From the IMG/VR virus record IMGVR_UViG_3300012984_000012, positions 32,001 through 96,000 of that record: a stretch of 64,000 bases of DNA; one strand, given 5' to 3'. The position numbers were made by a program, and so were the translations under genes. Under the pieces are notes generated by a model. It was not told the DNA's origin. It searched no databases and worked only from the letters and a program-made list of their open reading frames with translations. The DNA comes from a virus. Below, piece by piece: positions 48,355 through 58,416 of the stretch (the first letter of the stretch is position 1; each line of letters begins with the position of its first letter).

Positions 48355-49307
48355 TGATCGTACAGTTTGACAACGTCGACCTAGGATCCCGTTCAGGGCC
48401 CAACACGTTCGCCTCTCGGCTCGCTCGTGGCCTGATCGAACAAGGACATCAGGTCACTAGCGACGCAACGAGTGCTGACGTGTCGTTGGTCTTCATCGAG
48501 CCCTCGGGTCGACCTTTGACGAAAAGGGTCGTCCAACGGCTAGATGGAATTTGGTTTCGCCCCCAGGATTTTCACACCAAGAACGCGAGAATCAAGGCAA
48601 CATATGATTCAGCGTCTGCTGTCGTGTTCCAGTCTCGTTTCGACATGGCGATGGTCGAAAGGTGGTGGGGCTCAAACGACGAGCGTCAACGCCCGTGCGA
48701 GATCATCAGCAATGGAGTTGACCTGACCCGCGTCACTGAAGTGACGATTCCTGAGCTCGCAAAGATCAGAACGACGTATGAAAAGCTTTTCGTCTGTTCG
48801 TCAAATTGGCATCCTCAGAAACGCTTGAAGGCAAACATCAGGTTGTTCGATCACCTAAGAAAGACCCAGTTTCCCAATAGTTGTCTCTTCGTCATGGGTG
48901 CGAACCCAGACGCTATGACGACTGACCCACACGTCTTTTACACGGGATCGCAACCTCCTGAAGTCTACATGCAAGTCTTCGCTGTTGCTGACTGGATGCT
49001 ACACCTAGCATGGGCCGATCACTGTCCTAATGTCGTCATCGAAGCGTTGTCGCAAGGCACTCCGATCGTGTGTACTGAAGTGGGTGGCACCAAGGAACTG
49101 ATCGGTCACGGCGCGTATGGTCTAGTCCTGAAAGAAGCAGCCTACGATTACGAGCTATACGATTATGACAACCCACCCGACATTGACGTGACGCAGGTCA
49201 CGTTCCTACCCACTCGTCACGAGCTGCAGTACGATGCGATACCTAACATCGACATCAAGGTCGTCGTCGCCCACTACGTCAAGCTGTTCCAGAAGGTGAT
49301 CGGATGA
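48354..49307 (+). CDS. Glycosyltransferase, GT-B/GT4-like
   Basis: SGPNTF; DHCPNVVIEALSQGTPIV...GGTKE. Confidence 0.85.
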   Translation: MIVQFDNVDLGSRSGPNTFASRLARGLIEQGHQVTSDATSADVSLVFIEPSGRPLTKRVVQRLDGIWFRPQDFHTKNARIKATYDSASAVVFQSRFDMAMVERWWGSNDERQRPCEIISNGVDLTRVTEVTIPELAKIRTTYEKLFVCSSNWHPQKRLKANIRLFDHLRKTQFPNSCLFVMGANPDAMTTDPHVFYTGSQPPEVYMQVFAVADWMLHLAWADHCPNVVIEALSQGTPIVCTEVGGTKELIGHGAYGLVLKEAAYDYELYDYDNPPDIDVTQVTFLPTRHELQYDAIPNIDIKVVVAHYVKLFQKVIG

Positions 49308-50215
49308 ATCAGGTCTACGTGTTGCCTCCAAACGAGAGTTGGATCGTCGATCGCTTTGTCAAAGAGTGGAATGAGGACAACGCTGACATCAGCGTACCTC
49401 ACCCGTCACAGGCTGACGTGATCTGGGCCTTAGCAGACTGGTGCATCGACCGGCTTCCTCAGTCCCTTCTCGTGAAGAAGAAGGTCATAACGACAGTCCA
49501 TCACATCGTACCAGAAAAATTCGGTCCTGGTGACCTAGCTAACTTCCAACAGCGCGACGCTGTCACCACGGTGTACCACGTCTATAACCGACGCACGTTC
49601 GATTTCATCAGGCCCCTGACCATCAAGCCCATTCACCTGATCCAGTACTGGGCGAACCAGAAGATCTGGCGGCCGACAGGGACACGAGATGACCTCAGGA
49701 AAAAACACGGCTTACCGTTGGACAAGTACCTCATTGGCTCCTTTCAAAGGGACACGGAAGGTTCTGGAATCCCGATGGGAATCTTCTCACCGAAGCTAGA
49801 GAAGGGACCCGATCTCCTTGCAGACGCGATCATCTCATTCAAAGAGAAGAACGCCGACGTTGAGGTCGTCCTTGCTGGTTGGCGCCGGCAGTACATCATG
49901 CAACGACTCGATACGGCGGGGGTGAAGTATCACTACCTCGAGCTACCAGGCCAGCGCGCCATCAACGAGCTTTACCAGACGCTGGACCTGTATCCCGTCA
50001 CCGCGCGAACGGAAGGCGGCCCTCAAGCCCTGATCGAGTGTGGGCTCCTGAACGTGCCTGTCGTGTCACGCCCGGTTGGAATTGCTGAGCAGGTACTCCC
50101 GTCAGAGGCCATCAGTGACAACGTCGTTGAAGCTACGCCCAGCGTTCCGAACGTTGAGTCGTGGAAGCTTCCAGCGGGTTACGACCTGTACAGGAGACTG
50201 ATCGCAGGACTATGA
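49304..50215 (+). CDS. Glycosyltransferase, GT-B/GT4-like
   Basis: EKGPD; ARTEGGPQALIECG...PVVS. Confidence 0.82.
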   Translation: MNQVYVLPPNESWIVDRFVKEWNEDNADISVPHPSQADVIWALADWCIDRLPQSLLVKKKVITTVHHIVPEKFGPGDLANFQQRDAVTTVYHVYNRRTFDFIRPLTIKPIHLIQYWANQKIWRPTGTRDDLRKKHGLPLDKYLIGSFQRDTEGSGIPMGIFSPKLEKGPDLLADAIISFKEKNADVEVVLAGWRRQYIMQRLDTAGVKYHYLELPGQRAINELYQTLDLYPVTARTEGGPQALIECGLLNVPVVSRPVGIAEQVLPSEAISDNVVEATPSVPNVESWKLPAGYDLYRRLIAGL

Positions 50216-51018
50216 CAGTCGCGTTTCTGCTGGTGTCATGCTGTCTTGAACCCTCTAGGACAAGGATCCTCGAGCGTGTCGTTGACAACCTGTGCACGCA
50301 TGTCCCGAGCATCGTGCCTGCCTTGACTGTCTTTGATAACGCGTCAACGGACGCTGGCGTCGTCAGCCTGCTCAAGAACAGATTTCCGAATTTCTTTCAA
50401 GCAGATCGTAACGTGGGTTACTGGACAGCTATCAACTGGTGGGTCGAACAGCTCTCGAACGCTCCACCCAAGTACACGTACATCATCGAGTCTGACATGA
50501 TCCATCACAACTTTGAAAGGCTGTGGACGTGTGCAGAATACCTCGATGCTAACCCAGACGTCGGTTCGGTCAGATTGCACGAGTACTCAGTCGCCCAGCG
50601 CCATCTTTACAACAAGGACGTGCCTCGTTCTGATTCTCGTCGTAACCTGTGGCAGTCTCACGTGAACAAGGTCACTGGAAAACCTGTCAAGCTCGATCAC
50701 TCGTCAGGTGACATCTGGTCGACGACGTTCTTGACACAGCTGCCAGCTCTCAATCGTTATCCAGCGATGAGAGAGGTGTTCAGTGAGCTTCGAAACCTTG
50801 ACCAATTCAGTGAGCTAGATTTTCAGTCTCGTTACTGGCAACGATACCAGCGAACTGGCATCTTAGACGGTGGGATCTTCAAGTGTGACCTGAACCCACC
50901 TGGGGCGAAAGAGATCACGGGTTCATGGACAAGCGAGCACGACCTGAGACGGTTAGGTTACCAGACAACGAGGCGTGCGGCCATCCTTCCGAAAGACCAG
51001 TACATCGTCAAGAGGTGA
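50212..51018 (+). CDS. GT-A-fold (GT2-like) glycosyltransferase
   Basis: VFDNASTD, NVGY, IIESD. Confidence 0.7.
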   Translation: MTVAFLLVSCCLEPSRTRILERVVDNLCTHVPSIVPALTVFDNASTDAGVVSLLKNRFPNFFQADRNVGYWTAINWWVEQLSNAPPKYTYIIESDMIHHNFERLWTCAEYLDANPDVGSVRLHEYSVAQRHLYNKDVPRSDSRRNLWQSHVNKVTGKPVKLDHSSGDIWSTTFLTQLPALNRYPAMREVFSELRNLDQFSELDFQSRYWQRYQRTGILDGGIFKCDLNPPGAKEITGSWTSEHDLRRLGYQTTRRAAILPKDQYIVKR

Positions 51019-51033
51019 GGTACATTGACGCCA

Positions 51034-52062
51034 ATGGCGCGTTATCTCATCTTCGGAGGCACTGGTTCTCTTGGCAAAAAATTGATTGATCGGCTCTTGC
51101 CTGAAAACTCGGTAGCAGTGTACTCACGTGACGAGGCCAAGCACTGGACGATCAAGAACGACCTCGCTGATCATTCTAACATCAAGGATCTCGAGTTCTA
51201 CGTTGGTGACATCAGAGACATCAATCGTGTCAGGGACGTGATCAGACAGGTCGATCCCACGCACATCATCATTGCCGCGGCTCTCAAACAGGTCGACACG
51301 TGTGAGCTAAGTCCTAACGAGAGCGTGTCAACGAACTTGCTTGGCACCCAAAACGTCGTCGCCGTCGTCAACGAGAGCACGCCTCAATCGTCGCTCAAAG
51401 CAGTGCTGTTCGTCAGCACCGATAAGGCATGCTCGCCAGTCAACGTATACGGGATGTGTAAGGCAGTCTCGGAACGTATCGTGACGAGCCAGGCTCGAAC
51501 AGGCGTCAAGCACGTCAGTTTCCACGCTGTTCGATATGGCAACGTTCTCGAGTCGCGAGGTAGCATCATCCCGCTGTTCAAGCACCAGGCTGAAAATGCA
51601 GAGTTCTTGACCGTGACCGATCCCAACATGACGCGCTTCGTCATGACACTCGACGACAGCGTCGATCTGATCCTGGCGACGCTCAGCATGGGAAACAACG
51701 GGTGGACGTGGATCCCGAAGCTGCCTGCGATGAGGATCGGCGACCTTGCCGAGATTTTTTCAGAGCAGTCGGGTAAGCCCATCAAGATCATCGGGTTGCG
51801 CCCGGGTGAGAAGTCACACGAAGACCTGATCAACGAGTCAGAATCAGTTCGGACGTGCTCTGACGGAGCAAATGAACACTACCTGATCGCTCCTGCGTTT
51901 TTAGCTGGCGACAACAAACCTTTTACGTACACCAGCGCTGATTCTGTGATGACGAAAGATCAGCTGCTCGCGCACCTAAGCAAGCTTGGCATTCTCAACG
52001 CTCCTCTTGAGCAGTTCAAAGGCCTGGCGATCGAAGAGATCGTAACGAAACGTAAGAAATAA
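51034..52062 (+). CDS. UDP-GlcNAc 4,6-dehydratase (PseB/CapD-like SDR)
   Basis: GGTGSLG, SRDEAK, AALKQV, STDKA, YGMCK, RYGNV, MTRF, RPGEK. Confidence 0.92.
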   Translation: MARYLIFGGTGSLGKKLIDRLLPENSVAVYSRDEAKHWTIKNDLADHSNIKDLEFYVGDIRDINRVRDVIRQVDPTHIIIAAALKQVDTCELSPNESVSTNLLGTQNVVAVVNESTPQSSLKAVLFVSTDKACSPVNVYGMCKAVSERIVTSQARTGVKHVSFHAVRYGNVLESRGSIIPLFKHQAENAEFLTVTDPNMTRFVMTLDDSVDLILATLSMGNNGWTWIPKLPAMRIGDLAEIFSEQSGKPIKIIGLRPGEKSHEDLINESESVRTCSDGANEHYLIAPAFLAGDNKPFTYTSADSVMTKDQLLAHLSKLGILNAPLEQFKGLAIEEIVTKRKK

Positions 52063-52063
52063 C

Positions 52064-53206
52064 ATGAAAACGTACCCACTTTTCAAGGTCCACGTGCCCG
52101 TTGACCAGGCCCTCTCGAACATCAAGGACGTGTTCTCTTCGGGTTTCATCAACGAAGGAGAGCAAGTCACCAAGCTGACAACTGAGCTGCAACGTGTCTT
52201 ACGCTCAAACCGACTGATACTGATGAACTCATGCACGTCTGCCTTGACGTTGGCCTTGCACCTTGCAGGCGTTGGCCCACGAGATGAAGTGATCGCGACA
52301 CCCATGACGTGTGTAGCGTCAAACACTCCAATCGCCGCCGCGGGCGCTCGGATCGTGTGGGCTGACATCAACCCAAACACAGGCATGATCGATCCTCTCG
52401 ACATCATCAAAAAAATCACGCATCGAACGAAGGCTGTGATGGCGGTCGCTTGGGCCGGGACCCCTCCTGAGCTCGAGGCCATCAAGTCAATCTGTGCCGC
52501 CCAAGGAATCAAGCTGATCCTGGACGCCGCTCATGCTTTTGCAGCTGGTTACAAGAAAAAGCCCATACACGAATGGGCTGACTACACCTGTTACAGCTTC
52601 CAAGCTATCAAGCACTTCACTACTGGCGACGGTGGTGCGTTGATTTGCGCTGACGATGACGACTATCGTCGCTCAAAATCGTTGAAATGGTTCGGTCTCG
52701 ATCGTGACCATGCCAAAAACGAAAAAGGCGAGTGGAAAGGCCAACAGTGGGACGTTGACATCGTCGAAATCGGCTACAAGTTCAACATGAACAACGTCGC
52801 AGCAGCGATCGGCCTGGCACAGCTCGACTACATCGACGACATCCTCGGCATGCACCAGTTCCACGCTCATGTATACGACCTCCTGTTCACAGACAACCGG
52901 TTCATCGCTCCTGTCGAGCGCCCACTCGGAGGCGAGTCTAGCTTCTGGGTGTACACCATGAAGGTCAGCAAGGAGTCTTGTTTGTCACGTGACGAGCTGC
53001 TTAAAGCGTTGAACGCTGAAGGCATCATGGCTGGTGTCGTTCACGTGCCCAATGACGATTACACAGCATTTCGTGAGTTCAAAAGCGACCTGCCTGGCGT
53101 CCGTGAGTTCTCATCGAACCAACTCTCGATCCCATGCGGATGGTGGTTGAACAGAGGCGACATTGAACACATCGCCGCTCGCGTCAAGGGACTGACCCAG
53201 CGATGA
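52064..53206 (+). CDS. DegT/DnrJ/EryC1/StrS sugar aminotransferase
   Basis: NSCTSAL, DAAHA, SFQAIKHFTTGDGG. Confidence 0.92.
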   Translation: MKTYPLFKVHVPVDQALSNIKDVFSSGFINEGEQVTKLTTELQRVLRSNRLILMNSCTSALTLALHLAGVGPRDEVIATPMTCVASNTPIAAAGARIVWADINPNTGMIDPLDIIKKITHRTKAVMAVAWAGTPPELEAIKSICAAQGIKLILDAAHAFAAGYKKKPIHEWADYTCYSFQAIKHFTTGDGGALICADDDDYRRSKSLKWFGLDRDHAKNEKGEWKGQQWDVDIVEIGYKFNMNNVAAAIGLAQLDYIDDILGMHQFHAHVYDLLFTDNRFIAPVERPLGGESSFWVYTMKVSKESCLSRDELLKALNAEGIMAGVVHVPNDDYTAFREFKSDLPGVREFSSNQLSIPCGWWLNRGDIEHIAARVKGLTQR

Positions 53207-53730
53207 ACGTCGTCCCAAACAACATGAAATTGAGAAAAATCGTGGATGACGACCATCCATGGTTGATCGAGTTACACAACGACCCACAGGTGTTGCGAAA
53301 CCTCACGGACCCTAGGCCCATCACGTTGTTCAGTCACGTAGCCTGGTGGCTCAATACGCAAAACAACCCAAGACAACGTCGGTACATCTTCACCGTCAAT
53401 GACGAACGAGTCGGCCTGGCTAAGATCAGCGACCTTGACGTCGTCAATTCTAACTGTCTTCTCGGGGGTGACATTCACGTCCTTCACCGAGGCAAGGGAT
53501 ACGCCAAACACATGTGGTCCCTCTTGCTCGACGTCGTCTTTTTAGAACACGGTCTCAACAGGGCAGGACTGACGACAGCTGAGTACAACGTCTTGGGCCA
53601 GCGCGTCTACCGAGGTCTGGGTTTCAAGGAAGAGGGTCGCCTGATCAAACACCTGTATCGTGACGGAGCGTTTCACGATCAGATCTGCATGTACATGCTT
53701 CGTAGCGATTGGGTGAACCAAGATGAGTAA
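53203..53730 (+). CDS. GNAT N-acetyltransferase (PseH/RimJ-like)
   Basis: RGKGYA, N...YRGLGFKEEG. Confidence 0.85.
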   Translation: MNVVPNNMKLRKIVDDDHPWLIELHNDPQVLRNLTDPRPITLFSHVAWWLNTQNNPRQRRYIFTVNDERVGLAKISDLDVVNSNCLLGGDIHVLHRGKGYAKHMWSLLLDVVFLEHGLNRAGLTTAEYNVLGQRVYRGLGFKEEGRLIKHLYRDGAFHDQICMYMLRSDWVNQDE

Positions 53731-54466
53731 AGAGACACCGGTAATCTTTGTTGGTACGATGCATTGCGGCGAGGGCGACTTCAAGGAGTGTTGCAAGGCG
53801 ATCGCAGCCCAACGCGGTGTGGCCATCACGCATACGGTCATTGCCAACCAGCCTGAAAGAGAGGCACACAATCGCCTGTGGCAATCGTGGCGTGATTGCA
53901 AGGATTCACATGACGTCTTCGTCAAGGTCGACGCTGACACCGTGTTACGATCGCCTGACACGCTGAGGCTGATCTACGATCAGTTCAAAAACGATGCTCG
54001 GGTGACAGGTCTCCAGGCTCCCTTGCACGATTACATGACTGACGGTCACATCAATGGTCTCAATGCGTTCAGTCCCAGGGTGACGTTCAATGACACCAAG
54101 GACGACCTGTATTGCGACCGAGCTGTCGACACCGGTCACGACCTGGTCTTGCGTGAAAAACTGTTGCCGTTGGACCTGGTGCCTGCCGGAAATCACTGTC
54201 ACTTCTCTTCTGAGATCCAAGCCTTCCATTATGGCGTTCACCGGATGCTGAAAGGACAGGTCAACGTCATGGATCGTGTCTTCAATGCATGGAGCAAGCA
54301 CCAAGATCGAGTTCGCCTCTTTGCTCTCATCGGAGCCCACATGGCAAACAGATTCGCGAACAACAGGCGATACAACTACACGGACCCAGAGCTCGTGACC
54401 TCGTTTGACGAGGCGACCTCGAGGTTCGATGAACTTCAAGCGAACTATGGAGCTCTCGTCAAATGA
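53723..54466 (+). CDS. Putative GT-A glycosyltransferase
   Basis: FVKVDAD DxD motif; cluster context. Confidence 0.6.
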   Translation: MSKETPVIFVGTMHCGEGDFKECCKAIAAQRGVAITHTVIANQPEREAHNRLWQSWRDCKDSHDVFVKVDADTVLRSPDTLRLIYDQFKNDARVTGLQAPLHDYMTDGHINGLNAFSPRVTFNDTKDDLYCDRAVDTGHDLVLREKLLPLDLVPAGNHCHFSSEIQAFHYGVHRMLKGQVNVMDRVFNAWSKHQDRVRLFALIGAHMANRFANNRRYNYTDPELVTSFDEATSRFDELQANYGALVK

Positions 54467-55416
54467 CAAAACACGTCTTTGCGCTCGTCGCGGGCTCAGG
54501 CAACGTCACGGGATACGGCGTCATCTCAGCGATACACCAGGCGAAGTGGCCCGTGCCGCTCAAAAACCTTGTCGTCGGTTACGATTGCTGTGAACCAGAG
54601 GCCAACCCCTCGAACCAGTTTTGCGAGAACTTTCAGGTGCCTCGTGCATCTGACATCTCCAACTACGCGCAGTGGGTCATGACCTTAGTACGGGAGTTTC
54701 GACCCAGGGTCATAATCCCCAGCAATGATCACGATCTTCGGGCGTTGCTCACGCTTGAGAACGATCTGAAAGATCACGGTGTGACGCTTAACGGCGTTGG
54801 GCCCAACACCCATCACTTTCTTGACAAGCTTGCGACGGCTCGCTTGTTTGTCGATCACGAGATCCGAACGCCCGCTATCATATGCGACAATCCAGCGAGA
54901 CACCCGTACGTGGTTCGCAAGCGTCACGTAGGAACGGGTAAGAAATTCACATACGTCTCTAAAAAAGTTGAAGACGATAGATCGATCCCGTGGGAAAGAA
55001 TTCACGAATCTATCATTACCAAATTCATCGAAGGTGAAGAGTACACCATCGACATTTTGTGTGACCAACACTCTAACGTGTTGTCGATAGTGCCACGCTT
55101 GCGTCGACAGGTGACCGCTGGAATCGTGACGTTCGCGGAGATCGTCAATAATCAAACCATCATTGAGAGGTCAAGAGACCTAGCGACGCGCTTGCAACTG
55201 CGAGGTCTCAACTGCGTCCAGTGCATCAAGAACGATCAAGACGTCTATTTCTTTGAGGTCAATCCACGCCCAGGCAGCGGGATGAGCCTGACGACCGCCG
55301 CAGGCGTCAACATGCCCAGCCTCTGGATCAGGTCACTATCACAAACAGTCGTTGCACCAGAACCCGAGTGGGGGATGAAGATGGTGCGCTACCACGCAGG
55401 CAGGTACTTCAAGTGA
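54463..55416 (+). CDS. ATP-grasp ligase
   Basis: DKL, FIEGEEYTID, FFEVNPRPG. Confidence 0.85.
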   Translation: MTKHVFALVAGSGNVTGYGVISAIHQAKWPVPLKNLVVGYDCCEPEANPSNQFCENFQVPRASDISNYAQWVMTLVREFRPRVIIPSNDHDLRALLTLENDLKDHGVTLNGVGPNTHHFLDKLATARLFVDHEIRTPAIICDNPARHPYVVRKRHVGTGKKFTYVSKKVEDDRSIPWERIHESIITKFIEGEEYTIDILCDQHSNVLSIVPRLRRQVTAGIVTFAEIVNNQTIIERSRDLATRLQLRGLNCVQCIKNDQDVYFFEVNPRPGSGMSLTTAAGVNMPSLWIRSLSQTVVAPEPEWGMKMVRYHAGRYFK

Positions 55417-56030
55417 AAAAGCTCGTCCTAGACTTTGATGGTACGTTGGTCGATGCCTCACGGCGCGACTACATGCTGTACCATGACATCCTGAACGTCT
55501 TGCTCAGGCCCGCTCTGACGTTTGAGGAGTACTGGCCTGAGCGTCGCGAGGCTCGAGACATCAACGAGCTGTTAGCGCTTTCAGGTTGTTCGAGGTCTGA
55601 CGTCAGTGATTTTCTCGAAATGAGACGTCAGCTCTCCGAGTGCAAGCGCTACCAGAGGTTTGACGTCCCTCTTCCTAACGTGAAGAACACGTTATCGCTG
55701 CTCTCATGCGAGTTTGAATGTTGCGTCGTCACCGCTCGCGTGAACTACAAGAACTTCATTGACGAGCTCGTGAACACTGGCTTGAACACCTACGTCACGA
55801 GAGCGGTTCACACGTCAGGTCCCAAGCTCGAGACCATCAGGTCGCTGAGCGACGTCGTTGCCGTGGTCGGAGACACCGAACACGACATCCTGCCAGCGAA
55901 AGAGCTTGGGATAAGGTCGATCGGCCTGACAACGGGGATCAGGTCTGAGCGCTTTTTACGAGGTCTCGGCGCCGACGTGGTGCTCAATGACTTCGCGGAC
56001 GTACCACATGCGATTAGTTCAGCTCGTTGA
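55413..56030 (+). CDS. HAD-family phosphatase
   Basis: DFDGTL, VTAR, VGDTEHD. Confidence 0.88.
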   Translation: MKKLVLDFDGTLVDASRRDYMLYHDILNVLLRPALTFEEYWPERREARDINELLALSGCSRSDVSDFLEMRRQLSECKRYQRFDVPLPNVKNTLSLLSCEFECCVVTARVNYKNFIDELVNTGLNTYVTRAVHTSGPKLETIRSLSDVVAVVGDTEHDILPAKELGIRSIGLTTGIRSERFLRGLGADVVLNDFADVPHAISSAR

Positions 56031-56907
56031 CACGAGAGCCTACGCTCAAAGCAACTGCTGGCAACACCAGCTGCTTTCTTGCCTGCGTTCGCAATGTGAC
56101 GATCACCTGATCATCGAGGCCAACAGCCTGTCGCAACACAACTTCGTCATGCCCAAAGCTGACGTGTACCTGTCTACGCTCAAGCTTCGAACGCTAAACC
56201 GAACCCGTGAAAGGATCCAACGGTGCTTGAATGATCGACTGTTGTACGTATACGATCAGGACCCATGGGAAAACTTCATTGATCAAGGTTCCTGTCACGG
56301 CACGTACGAGTGGTTTCGAGAGAACGTTAACGTCGGATCGTTCATCCTGACGTCAAGGTGGTGGACCGATTACGTGGCCTCTCTGGGCTTTAAGACGACA
56401 TTCACGCAGATGTGGTTGGATTCCTCATTATGTGATTACGGGATTACGTGGCAGTCACGTCCGGTCACCGTGGGCTTCATGGGAACCCTACATCCCTATC
56501 GTAAAAGGTCGATAGAAGAGTTGCAAAAGATGAACGTAGAAGTGAAAGTCTTTTCGTCAAAGGGTTACGGAGACTACCTCAAGACCGTCTCTCAGATGAA
56601 GTTTTTCTTTCACGAAGAGGCCCAATCGTCCTGGACGATCAGGGGCGTCCCAGTCGGACAAAACGCCCTGTGGGCAAAAGAGATTGAGATCGCGGCACAA
56701 GGATGCTTTCCGTTACGACAGTACGAACCTGAGGCAGAAGCGTACTTCGCTTCTCAGATCCCAGGGATCAAGACCTTTCAATCTATCAATGACGTTCCTG
56801 GGATCATTCAACAGGCGCTTAACGATCCGTTAGCGAACGAGCGCTCACGAGCGTCAGTGGACTTCATCAAGTCACATCGAGGTTGGTTTTCGTTGTCCGA
56901 CCTCTGA
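56008..56907 (+). CDS. Putative GT-B (CgeB-like) glycosyltransferase
   Basis: YDQDPW, VGFMGTLHPYR, EIAAQG. Confidence 0.55.
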   Translation: MRLVQLVDTRAYAQSNCWQHQLLSCLRSQCDDHLIIEANSLSQHNFVMPKADVYLSTLKLRTLNRTRERIQRCLNDRLLYVYDQDPWENFIDQGSCHGTYEWFRENVNVGSFILTSRWWTDYVASLGFKTTFTQMWLDSSLCDYGITWQSRPVTVGFMGTLHPYRKRSIEELQKMNVEVKVFSSKGYGDYLKTVSQMKFFFHEEAQSSWTIRGVPVGQNALWAKEIEIAAQGCFPLRQYEPEAEAYFASQIPGIKTFQSINDVPGIIQQALNDPLANERSRASVDFIKSHRGWFSLSDL

Positions 56908-56927
56908 TCAAGGGATAAGATGGCAGC

Positions 56928-57932
56928 ATGAAAAGCGTCGCAGTCATAGGCCAAGGTTTCGTCGGAGGATCATTAACGACCGTCCTTTCTGAGCGTGGAC
57001 TGAAGGTCTACACGTTTGACATTACCGGTCGACAGGCCACGGGTGGAACACACCCGAAGGAAAAGATCGTTCAATCTCCAGTTGTGATGGGTCCAGGACC
57101 AGCTCTCTATTGGAATGAGCCAATTCCCGCCGCCACGCTCACCGAATTCGTCCAGCTTTGTGAAGCGTCATCGTCATTTTCTGGGATCTTTTTCGTCTGT
57201 CTTCCGACTCCGATGTACGAAGGCGGTGCAGCCGACGTTTCGATCGTCGAAGAAACGCTGAAAAGTCTAGCATCAATTCCGAGCCCGGCGAGCTTGCGAC
57301 GCATCGCTGTCATCAAAAGCACGGTCCCGCCTGGTTCTACTGAGCGATGGAACAGCCTGTTTGAGTTCACAAAACTTCGGGTCGTTTTCAATCCAGAGTT
57401 CTTACGAGAGGCGACAGCGCTTGACGACATGCGCAACCAATCGCGCATCATCCTCGGAGGACCACGACCTTACATCAACAAGGTCAAGCAGCTGTTTGAA
57501 GGCGCGTTTCCCAACGTTCCTGTCATCAAGACATCGTCAACGACGGCAGAAATGGTCAAGTACGTGACGAACGTTCACCTCGCTGTCAAGGTCGCGCTAG
57601 CGAACGAGTTCTATCAGATCTGCGAGAACCTCGACGCAGCGGGAGCGAACATCGATTATGACAAAGTCGTTGAGTATGCCTTGCACGACCAACGCCTGGG
57701 TAGCTCACACTGGAAGGTCCCAGGGCCCATGCCTGCTGACGACTCGGGCGATCCGGCGTTTGGGTTTGGAGGCAGTTGTTTCGTCAAGGACATCAACGCC
57801 TTGATGCATGTCGCCCGAAAGCTCGGCATCGATCCCAAGGTCATGTCAGGTGCCTGGGAGAAGAACCTCGAGGTCAGGCCACAACGTGATTGGGAGAGGC
57901 TTGTCGGGCGAGCGATCAGCAAGAAGCCTTAG
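56928..57932 (+). CDS. UDP-glucose/GDP-mannose dehydrogenase family protein (short form)
   Basis: GQGFVG, KSTVPPG, NPEFLRE, GFGGSCFVKD. Confidence 0.9.
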   Translation: MKSVAVIGQGFVGGSLTTVLSERGLKVYTFDITGRQATGGTHPKEKIVQSPVVMGPGPALYWNEPIPAATLTEFVQLCEASSSFSGIFFVCLPTPMYEGGAADVSIVEETLKSLASIPSPASLRRIAVIKSTVPPGSTERWNSLFEFTKLRVVFNPEFLREATALDDMRNQSRIILGGPRPYINKVKQLFEGAFPNVPVIKTSSTTAEMVKYVTNVHLAVKVALANEFYQICENLDAAGANIDYDKVVEYALHDQRLGSSHWKVPGPMPADDSGDPAFGFGGSCFVKDINALMHVARKLGIDPKVMSGAWEKNLEVRPQRDWERLVGRAISKKP

Positions 57933-58303
57933 TTCGAGCTGATGCCGAGCACGTTGGTCGCAAATTCAGTCGCGATTTCTTCGGGATCAGTGATGAATAT
58001 CTCTTGAGGATCCATCTTCTCAATGAACGGCAAGAGCTCGTGAACGACGCGCTTCTTGTTAGCTGCGTCTGAGGTCACGCCTGTCGCAGACAGGATCTTT
58101 TCGACCTGTTTTGCTTTAACCTTCGCTGGAGAGCTGACACCACTCGTTTCTTTGGCGCGAGAGCTACCCCAATGAGGGTGCTTTGCAGCAAGCGTTTTTT
58201 CATTGGGATCTAAGTCAGAGGAGATTGTCGGTCGTTGCACAGGCATCTCTTCCTTCAAGACTTCCCTGACAACGCGACGCAATTCCTTAAGCGGTACTCT
58301 CAT
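57929..58303 (-). CDS. Small protein with N-terminal LRRVVREVL motif
   Basis: Antisense to neighbours; TATTTA 5 nt upstream of ATG. Confidence 0.6.
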   Translation of the reverse strand: MRVPLKELRRVVREVLKEEMPVQRPTISSDLDPNEKTLAAKHPHWGSSRAKETSGVSSPAKVKAKQVEKILSATGVTSDAANKKRVVHELLPFIEKMDPQEIFITDPEEIATEFATNVLGISSN

Positions 58304-58369
58304 GACTTTAAATAGGTGTACACTGTCTCTTGAGTTGAATACTCTATTGTCAGATGGTACATTGCCATC

Positions 58370-58415
58370 CTGACTTAGACCCAGTGAGGGTTGTCAGAAC
58401 TTACACGGAGAGTGT
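58370..58415 (+). promoter_or_regulatory. Twin-hairpin RNA element over the RBS of NadM-Nudix
   Basis: ACCC-AGTGA-GGGT followed by ACAC-GGAGA-GTGT; repeated at 59755-59797. Confidence 0.6.
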
Positions 58416-58416
58416 C

